A DNA stretch of 51,130 nucleotides from an uncultured Muribaculaceae bacterium. Lineage in GTDB: Bacteria; Bacillota_I; Bacilli_A; RF39; UBA660. Each line of letters opens with the position of its first letter. Within the stretch, counting starts at the first letter, position 1. The stretch spans positions 1-51,130 of the forward strand of contig CAZKKR010000002.1 of the NCBI GenBank assembly GCA_964553605.1. The letters are read 5' to 3'. The notes under the pieces are model-generated. The model searched no databases. It was not told the origin of the DNA and saw only the letters and a program-made list of their open reading frames with translations. The translations under genes were made by a program, and so were the position numbers. Shown in pieces: positions 8,579 to 14,921 of the stretch.

Positions 8579-9046
8579 ATGAAAGAAGCTATTGCTAATG
8601 CCGGGGTGTTTAATTTAGTTGCTATTTTTGTGGCAATTTTGATTGCCTTCTTTATTGGATCATTAGGATATTCTAAAGCTTTTAAAGTTAAAAACTATAT
8701 TGTTAATGAAATTGAAAAGAGTGGTTATGAATCTAAGGATCGAGCAAATATTAACAAATCTATCGATTCATGGCTTAAGGAAATAGGTTATAGAGTTAAT
8801 AGTGGTTATAATAAAATTAACTGTCCGGTAATAAATGATTCCCGCGTGTCTAATGGGGGAAGTGCTTTAAATAATGAGAGCAAATATCAGTACTGTATAT
8901 ATGAATTTGTAACGAAAAATGGACTTAAAGAATCAAAATATTATAGGGTAGTTGCTTATATGTATTTTGATGTTCCTATTGTTGAAGATATAATTCGTGT
9001 ACCAGTTGTTGGAGAAACTGCGTCTTTTACTGATATAAAAAGTTAA
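8579..9046 (+). CDS. TadE/TadF-like pseudopilin candidate, paralog 2 (155 aa)
   Basis: RBS GGGGTGAGG. MKEAIANAG/VFNLVAIFVAILIAFFIG. Paralog of 8097-8573. Confidence 0.55.
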   Translation: MKEAIANAGVFNLVAIFVAILIAFFIGSLGYSKAFKVKNYIVNEIEKSGYESKDRANINKSIDSWLKEIGYRVNSGYNKINCPVINDSRVSNGGSALNNESKYQYCIYEFVTKNGLKESKYYRVVAYMYFDVPIVEDIIRVPVVGETASFTDIKS

Positions 9047-9058
9047 GGAGGATGAAAA

Positions 9059-10066
9059 GTGAACGTAATAATTGCAAATAAATATCGTGATGCTTTAGCC
9101 GATTTAGATGTTGAAGTTATAAAGAAACTAGAGGGTGAATTTACCGTTAATGAAATCATTGAAACTTTTAAGAATTTTTTCTTTCAAAAGATGATTTTAG
9201 ATATTACTGCACTAAAGGATTATAAAAATATTAAGACTTTGCAGCAATTAGCTTTTTCACTAGCTACAGATAAATTGATTTTGCTTTTAGATGGTTCACC
9301 AGAAACATCTAATCCGGAATATTTATCTGATTTGATATCAATGAATATTTATAATTTTACAATGAACGTTGAGGGTGTAAAATGGCTTTATGAACATCCG
9401 AATAGTTATCGTGATGTTGCCCAGTATCATCAATTAGATACTGATCATCAAGCTGTTCAAACCGTAGTTAATACGGCAGGTGCAGCACCTCAAGAATATA
9501 GTAAAAACACAGTTGTTTGCTTCAAAAATGTAACAGAAGGAGCAGGGGCGACTACTTTAGTATATATTGCTAAAAAACAACTCGAAAAAAACTATAAAGT
9601 CGTAGCTATTGAGCTTGATAAACACGATTTTATGTATTATGATGATAAAAATTTAGTTAGTGTGTCAAGTTCTGAGCTTGGTAATACTATTGCTAAATAT
9701 AGCAACATGGATATTATATTAGTTGATGCTAATAAAAGTATTTCAGCTGAAGGGCTTTCTAATGAAATAATTTATTTAATTGAGCCTTCTAAAATAAAAC
9801 TAAATAAATTACTTGCTAAAAACCCATCAGCTTTATCTAATGTTAAAAATAAAAAGATTGTGCTTAATAAATGCGCTCTTACTAATCAAGATGTGTCTGA
9901 TTTTGAATATGAAACAAAATTAAATGTATTTTTCAAATTACCAGCATTAAATGATCAAAGTTCAGACAATAAAGAATTAGACGAATTTTTAGGCAAATTA
10001 GGCTTTTATAAACAAACAGCTAGTGGTACAGGTGAAAAAAAAGGCGTTACGGGACTATTTAAATAG
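9059..10066 (+). CDS. TadZ/CpaE-like protein: N-terminal receiver-like region plus a ParA/MinD-like domain with a degenerate P-loop
   Basis: GTG start with RBS AAGGAGG. VVCFKNVTEGAGATTLVYIAKKQLEKNYKVVAIELD sits where MinD/ParA proteins carry KGGxGKT/S, but the lysine is missing. Position in a tad cluster. Confidence 0.5.
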   Translation: MNVIIANKYRDALADLDVEVIKKLEGEFTVNEIIETFKNFFFQKMILDITALKDYKNIKTLQQLAFSLATDKLILLLDGSPETSNPEYLSDLISMNIYNFTMNVEGVKWLYEHPNSYRDVAQYHQLDTDHQAVQTVVNTAGAAPQEYSKNTVVCFKNVTEGAGATTLVYIAKKQLEKNYKVVAIELDKHDFMYYDDKNLVSVSSSELGNTIAKYSNMDIILVDANKSISAEGLSNEIIYLIEPSKIKLNKLLAKNPSALSNVKNKKIVLNKCALTNQDVSDFEYETKLNVFFKLPALNDQSSDNKELDEFLGKLGFYKQTASGTGEKKGVTGLFK

Positions 10067-10074
10067 TCTTTTTT
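10053..10074 (+). terminator. Palindromic hairpin with T-run overlapping the stop codon of the TadZ-like gene
   Basis: gactatttaaatagtc (16-nt perfect palindrome, 10053-10068) followed by tttttt. Confidence 0.45.
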
Positions 10075-10100
10075 CTTTTTGTAAAGTGGTTTTCCGGCTA

Positions 10101-10130
10101 TTGACATTTGTTTTAAAAAACTGTATATTT
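10101..10130 (+). promoter_or_regulatory. Strong sigma-A-type promoter upstream of the VirB2-like gene pair
   Basis: TTGACA at 10101-10106, 17-18 nt spacer, tgTATATT at 10122-10130. AGGAGG RBS at about 10142. Confidence 0.6.
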
Positions 10131-10157
10131 AATATATAAAGAGGAGGAGTGAAATTT

Positions 10158-10514
10158 ATGGATTTAGTAAATTTATTGGCAGCAGTATCGGATATAGACT
10201 GTGGTGGCGTTAAAATTCCTGGAGGAGTTGCAGGCCTTGTACGTACTGTTATATTTATAATTCAAGTAGTAGTGCCTGTATTATTAATTTTGTGGGGAAT
10301 GCTTGATTTTGCAAAAGGTATTATAGGCGCTGATGAAGATAAGATTAAAGCTGGTCAAAAGAAATTTATTCAAAGACTTATTGCCGCTATCGTTGTATTC
10401 TTAGTCGTAGTGGTTGTTCAATTAGTAATTACTGCTGTTGGTGGATTATCTAGTGGTAGCGATGGTAATGATGCAACTAGTGCTTGGGAATGCGCTAAAA
10501 AAATTATTGGATAA
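10158..10514 (+). CDS. VirB2/TrbC-like two-helix pilin-like T4SS protein, paralog 1
   Basis: ATG 10158 (10 nt after AGGAGG) is preferred over the track GTG 10149. Two hydrophobic helices (VIFIIQVVVPVLLILWGMLDF and LIAAIVVFLVVVVVQLVITAV) are joined by a charged loop KGIIGADEDKIKAGQKKFIQR. One Cys lies before helix 1 and one after helix 2. Confidence 0.6.
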   Translation: MDLVNLLAAVSDIDCGGVKIPGGVAGLVRTVIFIIQVVVPVLLILWGMLDFAKGIIGADEDKIKAGQKKFIQRLIAAIVVFLVVVVVQLVITAVGGLSSGSDGNDATSAWECAKKIIG

Positions 10515-10529
10515 TAAGAGGGCGAGAAT

Positions 10530-10892
10530 ATGATTAATTTATTGTCACAGGCTACTTTATGTAATGGCGTATTAGTTCCAAATGAATTATTTAATATTGT
10601 TCATGTTTTGATAAACGGAATTAAAATTGTTGTACCAATATTACTTATTATATGGGGAATGCTTGATTTTGCAAAATCTGTAATTGCTAAAAATGAAGAT
10701 GATGTAAAAAAATATCGTAAGAATTTTATTCAAAGAGTTATTTCTGCCATTATTGTATTTTTCTTAGTTTTTCTTGTGCAACTTGTTATCAATTTAGTGG
10801 CAAGTGTTGAAGATACAACTAATGATCAGGGACAAACAGTTAGTGATGTTTGGAGCTGTAGTAAGAAATTTATTAATGGTGTAAATAATTAA
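10530..10892 (+). CDS. VirB2/TrbC-like two-helix pilin-like T4SS protein, paralog 2
   Basis: LLIIWGMLDFAKSVIAKNEDDVKKYRKNFIQRVISAIIVFFLVFLVQLVI aligns with paralog 1 (LLILWGMLDFAKGIIGADEDKIKAGQKKFIQRLIAAIVVFLVVVVVQLVI). Same Cys pair. Confidence 0.6.
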   Translation: MINLLSQATLCNGVLVPNELFNIVHVLINGIKIVVPILLIIWGMLDFAKSVIAKNEDDVKKYRKNFIQRVISAIIVFFLVFLVQLVINLVASVEDTTNDQGQTVSDVWSCSKKFINGVNN

Positions 10893-10896
10893 ATTT

Positions 10897-10932
10897 AAAA
10901 AGACAATATTATTGTGCATTGTCTTTTTTTTT
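10897..10932 (+). terminator. Rho-independent terminator or attenuator after the VirB2-like gene pair
   Basis: aaaaagacaat (10897-10907), 10-nt loop, attgtcttttt (10918-10928), T-run to 10932. Confidence 0.5.
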
Positions 10933-10940
10933 GTTATAAT
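10932..10940 (+). promoter_or_regulatory. Extended -10 element TGtTATAAT, candidate internal promoter for the T4SS core genes
   Basis: ttgttataat directly after the terminator, about 37 nt upstream of ATG 10977. No good -35 seen. Confidence 0.4.
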
Positions 10941-10976
10941 GTAAATAGTAGAAAACTATTTAAAGGAGCATATTAT

Positions 10977-11972
10977 ATGAAGAAGAAATATGGTTTATTG
11001 TTTTTATTGTGTTTATTAATGTTTTTTTGCGTGAATATTGATGGAGCACAGGCACGTCTTGATGAAGGCGGAGGGGGTAAAGTTACTAAAAATGATGGTC
11101 CAAAAAGCTGTTTATATTCTGGTACGCTTCCATCATATAGTGTTGATTCTACCAGTTCTGCAGCAGCTATTGCATTAACTTACGATTGTACTTATCCTAC
11201 TTCACCTAAGTGTAAGGCTGAGTATTATGCTGTTAAGCATTCAGAAACTTCATCTAGTGGGACCGTAAAATTTACTTTGGATAATAGTTATGCTTTCGCA
11301 AATGATACTAATATGAGTCATTTCTACAACAATACTATAGGTATTTACTGTCCTGCTTATCTTTATGTGGGAACGGTTTATGATGGTACTTCAGCAACAT
11401 ATAATATGTATTATACTAATGCTACTCGTGCAGCTACTGTTTTTCATTCAAAAACTTTTAGTGGTGATGTTAATAGTGCTGCTGACAAACTAGCCAAAGA
11501 AGGTGGAAGTTCTAGCCGCGGTGATTCTGATAGCACTGAAAATCAAGATATGACAGATGATATAAAGAAACGTGCAAAAGAAGAACGAGAAAAACAAGGC
11601 AATAGCAATATAGATACAACGCAAATAAATTGTTCTGAAGTTTTAGGCGATAAATTTACTACATTTTTAAAATCTGCTTTTTTAATTATATCAGTTGGAG
11701 GAATAGTTCTTCTTATAGTGTTTGCTTCTTTAGACTTTATTAAGGTCATTACCGCCAGTGAAGATAATGCTATGAGTGAGGCATTCAAGAAGGTTAAGAA
11801 CAGAATTATTGCGGTAATAATTTTGCTACTACTCCCACTTTTAGTTAATTTTTTAATAGGAATTGTAAACAAAAGTGCAACGGTAGTCGAAACTGTTGAT
11901 TCTTCGACTGGAAAAACAGTGAAAAAAGAAATTAAAATCGGGAAATTAGACGATTGTAATATTGCTAAATAA
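10977..11972 (+). CDS. Secreted domain fused to a C-terminal VirB2-like two-helix module (331 aa). Candidate minor or tip subunit
   Basis: ATG 10977 (RBS AAAGGAG) gives the signal peptide MKKKYGLLFLLCLLMFFCVNIDGAQA/R. The track start 10914 lies inside the terminator. The C-terminal FLKSAFLIISVGGIVLLIVFASLDFIKVITASEDNAMSEAFKKVKNRIIAVIILLLLPLLVNFLIGIV is a third copy of the 10158/10530 module and keeps the flanking Cys pair. Confidence 0.6.
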   Translation: MKKKYGLLFLLCLLMFFCVNIDGAQARLDEGGGGKVTKNDGPKSCLYSGTLPSYSVDSTSSAAAIALTYDCTYPTSPKCKAEYYAVKHSETSSSGTVKFTLDNSYAFANDTNMSHFYNNTIGIYCPAYLYVGTVYDGTSATYNMYYTNATRAATVFHSKTFSGDVNSAADKLAKEGGSSSRGDSDSTENQDMTDDIKKRAKEEREKQGNSNIDTTQINCSEVLGDKFTTFLKSAFLIISVGGIVLLIVFASLDFIKVITASEDNAMSEAFKKVKNRIIAVIILLLLPLLVNFLIGIVNKSATVVETVDSSTGKTVKKEIKIGKLDDCNIAK

Positions 11973-11984
11973 AGGAGGAATAAT

Positions 11985-14069
11985 ATGTTTAATATACTTG
12001 CGCCATGGGATGGCTTGTTTGACACAGCAAAAGATGCTGCCGGTGAAATAATCACTAATGCGCTTCATTCTATTTGTTTTGCTATTGATCATATCGTTTA
12101 TTCACTTATTCCTAGATTGTATAGGTTGATTGTTTCTTTGGCGAATGTTGACTTATATACGAATAATGAAGCAATTTCGACGTTAATGAATAGAGTTTAT
12201 ATACTTGTTGGTATTTTTATGTTGTTTAAACTTGCTTTTTCTATTATTCGATATATTGTTGATCCAAATTCTTTTTCTGATCAGACAAAAGGTTTTACGA
12301 ATTTAGTGAAAAGAGTATTAATTGCTTTAGTTTTACTTGTTACAACGCCTTGGCTATTCGGAAAAATGTATGAACTGCAAGGTATTATTTTAAATAGTAA
12401 TATTTTACCTAATTTAATTTTAGGAACGAGTGATGATGGAGTTTCTAGTTTGGATTCAGCTGCAATTGATGTTCAATTTTTAGTGTTTAGTCCATTTTTT
12501 ACTGTAAATCCGGTTGGAGAATTGTCAGATTGTGCTTCTAGTGATAATTATCCTTTGGCAAATATTTTAGGTAGTACTGATATGGCTCTTGCGAGTGATG
12601 GTGAAGGAAGTTGTTTAGATGCGTTTGCTAAAGCCATGGACGCTGATGAGAGTGTACAGGCAAGTAATGTGACTATTGAACAGTTTTTTAAGGATGATTC
12701 ATCAACTGATGCTGATACCCGAAGTTTTGGATCTTTGGGAAGTTTATTATATATGAAAATAAATGGAGGAGCAGATTATGCAATAAGCTATTTGCCTATC
12801 GTTTCTACAATTTGTGGTGGTTATTTAGTGTTTTTGCTTTTATCATTTTGTATAGACATAGCTGTTCGTGCAATAAAACTAATGTTTTTACAAATTCTTT
12901 CCCCTATTGCTTTTATTACATCGGTTGATCCTACTTCTTCATCAGGAAATGATAAATTAAAGGACTGGGGAAAAGAGTGTTTAACAACATTTTTATCTTT
13001 ATTCTTGCGTTTAGCGGTTGTGTATATGGTTATTCAAATGGTTAAAGTTGTTACATCAAAAATGTTTAGGGGCTCACTTTATTATGAGGGATTTAAGGAT
13101 AATGCTAATTCAGCAATGAACATATTTGTTTATATTTTCTTAGTTTTAGGTGCTTTCCAAGTAGCTAAAAAAATACCAGATTTGCTTGAAAAAGCTCTTG
13201 GTATAAAGATGAGTGGAGAATTGAGTATGAACCCATTTAAAAACAGTTTTGTTGCTGGAGCTGCAGGAGCTGCTGCTGGTTTTGGCCTTGCTGGTGTGGG
13301 TTCAGGACTTGCCAATATGTGGGCTTTTGGCGCAAATACTACTAACAGATTAAAACAATTTAAAGAAGATGGTGGAGTTCAAGCACTTGCGGGAAGCGCA
13401 AAAACTTATGGAGATGCTTGGAAGTTCAATTTGGAAACAATCAAAGATGTTAAGAATGTTGATGGCTTTAGAAATAAAATTGGTCATTTAAGAGCAGGTT
13501 TTCAATTATCTAAGGAGCAGCGAAGATCAACTGCAATAGGAAAAGCTTTACATGGAGTAGCACAAACTATGTCTTCAGCTGGTGGAATTGTTACTGGGGC
13601 TGCCTCAGGAGCTGCCAGAGGAACAGTTTCAAGCTATGGTAAAAAAGGTAAAGATATTATGCATTCAGCAGGCAGTGCTGTAAATAGAGTGACAGATATT
13701 CGTAATGATAGAGATAAGAGGGTTGAAGGTAGATTTGAGGGCAAAGATAGTGTGTTCTCAAGAAGACAAGTGCTTAAAGATACAATAGATAAGGCTGCTG
13801 GAGTTAAAAATAAAGATCACGGTGTAGGTCTTGCCGGAGAACAAATTAAATCTAAGCAGCTCGAGCTAAAAAGTTTAGAGTCTCAGTTAACACAAGCCAA
13901 TTATCTTTTGCAAGAAGCTAGAGCAAGGGGAGCAGATTCTTTAACTGTTTCTAATCTTGAACAGCAGGTTAAAGATCTAGAAAAGGATTATAGACAAAAA
14001 GATAAGGAAATTAAAGAGCTTCAAGATGCGGCTAACCAAATACCTGGTTTTGGAAAAGATAAAAAATAG
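11985..14069 (+). CDS. VirB6/TrbL-like polytopic T4SS membrane protein with Gly/Ala-rich and coiled-coil C-terminal regions (694 aa)
   Basis: RBS AAGGAGG. Several predicted TM helices across residues 20-440. AGAAGAAAGFGLAGVGSGL segment. C-terminal heptad-like LELKSLESQLTQANYLLQEA...VKDLEKDYRQKDKEIKELQ. Position next to the VirB3-like and VirB4 genes. Assigned by topology and synteny. Confidence 0.5.
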   Translation: MFNILAPWDGLFDTAKDAAGEIITNALHSICFAIDHIVYSLIPRLYRLIVSLANVDLYTNNEAISTLMNRVYILVGIFMLFKLAFSIIRYIVDPNSFSDQTKGFTNLVKRVLIALVLLVTTPWLFGKMYELQGIILNSNILPNLILGTSDDGVSSLDSAAIDVQFLVFSPFFTVNPVGELSDCASSDNYPLANILGSTDMALASDGEGSCLDAFAKAMDADESVQASNVTIEQFFKDDSSTDADTRSFGSLGSLLYMKINGGADYAISYLPIVSTICGGYLVFLLLSFCIDIAVRAIKLMFLQILSPIAFITSVDPTSSSGNDKLKDWGKECLTTFLSLFLRLAVVYMVIQMVKVVTSKMFRGSLYYEGFKDNANSAMNIFVYIFLVLGAFQVAKKIPDLLEKALGIKMSGELSMNPFKNSFVAGAAGAAAGFGLAGVGSGLANMWAFGANTTNRLKQFKEDGGVQALAGSAKTYGDAWKFNLETIKDVKNVDGFRNKIGHLRAGFQLSKEQRRSTAIGKALHGVAQTMSSAGGIVTGAASGAARGTVSSYGKKGKDIMHSAGSAVNRVTDIRNDRDKRVEGRFEGKDSVFSRRQVLKDTIDKAAGVKNKDHGVGLAGEQIKSKQLELKSLESQLTQANYLLQEARARGADSLTVSNLEQQVKDLEKDYRQKDKEIKELQDAANQIPGFGKDKK

Positions 14070-14083
14070 AGAGGGGTTAAATT

Positions 14084-14398
14084 ATGAACTTTTTAATACC
14101 AGCCAATTCAAAAAAATCAATGTTAATATTTGGGGTTTTTGATATGTTTGATTTAATTTTATTTGCTAGTGGAATTGGGATATCATTAATATTATTATTA
14201 ATAATAAGTCCCTCTTCATTGCTTGGAGCTATAATTGATGTTACTCCAGCACTAGTTTGTGGTTTTCTGGTACTTCCGATACCTAATTATCGGAATACTA
14301 GAATATTAATTAGAGAGGCGTATAGATTTTATACACGAAGGGAAAAATTTGTTTGGAAAGGTTGGTGTGTGGCTAGTGGCACAAGAGAAGAGAAGTAA
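14084..14398 (+). CDS. VirB3/PrgI-like small T4SS membrane protein (104 aa)
   Basis: IPANSKKSMLIFGVFDMFDLILFASGIGISLILLLII, a second TM and a basic tail. Size, two-TM hairpin and location immediately upstream of VirB4, as for Tn916 Orf17 and ICEBs1 ConD type proteins. Confidence 0.5.
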   Translation: MNFLIPANSKKSMLIFGVFDMFDLILFASGIGISLILLLIISPSSLLGAIIDVTPALVCGFLVLPIPNYRNTRILIREAYRFYTRREKFVWKGWCVASGTREEK

Positions 14399-14921
14399 GT
14401 ATACAAATGATTTTATACCTGTTAGTTCAATAACTAATGGGGTTATTATGTTAGATTCTAATGAAAAAGTTACAGGAATAAAAATATTTCCTAGGAACAT
14501 ATTTATTCTTGATCCTGAAACAAGGAATTTAATTATTAATAATTTAAGAAATGTTTATAATGTAATTGATTATGAATTTTGGATTATTGCGGCTGATAGA
14601 CCAGTTGATATAACAGCTTATTTATCTAGGCTTCAGCTTTTGTATAACTCACAAACCAATCCTGTTAAAAGAAAACTAATAATGGATGATATAAATAAAG
14701 CTAATATGTTTACAACTAATAATGTTGTTGATACGGAATTTTATTTACTATTTAAAGAAACTGATATGGATAGGATACAAAAGAAAATTAGAACTTTGAT
14801 ACAGACTTTTGCAAGTGCAGGGCTTAATGCAACGCAGACATCTAATGATGATTTGAGAATTATTTTAGATAATTTCTTAAATGGTGGACAAACTACTACA
14901 TTTGGGACGGTGATGAGTTAA
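14349..14921 (+). CDS. N-terminal domain of a monoderm-type VirB4 ATPase, encoded as a separate ORF
   Basis: DFIPVSSITNGVIMLDSNEKVTGIKIFPRNIFILDPETRNLIINNLRNVYNVIDYEFWIIAADRPVDITAYL resembles (from memory) the N-terminal segment of ConE/TcpF/Orf16-type VirB4 proteins. 190 aa plus 594 aa equals the usual ~780-aa length. The true start is uncertain (in-frame GTGs at 14367 and 14376). It overlaps the previous ORF. Confidence 0.5.
   Translation: MFGKVGVWLVAQEKRSKYTNDFIPVSSITNGVIMLDSNEKVTGIKIFPRNIFILDPETRNLIINNLRNVYNVIDYEFWIIAADRPVDITAYLSRLQLLYNSQTNPVKRKLIMDDINKANMFTTNNVVDTEFYLLFKETDMDRIQKKIRTLIQTFASAGLNATQTSNDDLRIILDNFLNGGQTTTFGTVMS

Noticed and set aside
11543-12055. 170-aa minus-strand ORF spanning the 10977-11972 / 11985-14069 junction
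   Set aside because: It is antisense to two well-supported + strand genes with RBSs. Its sequence is S/I/L-rich with no recognisable features.
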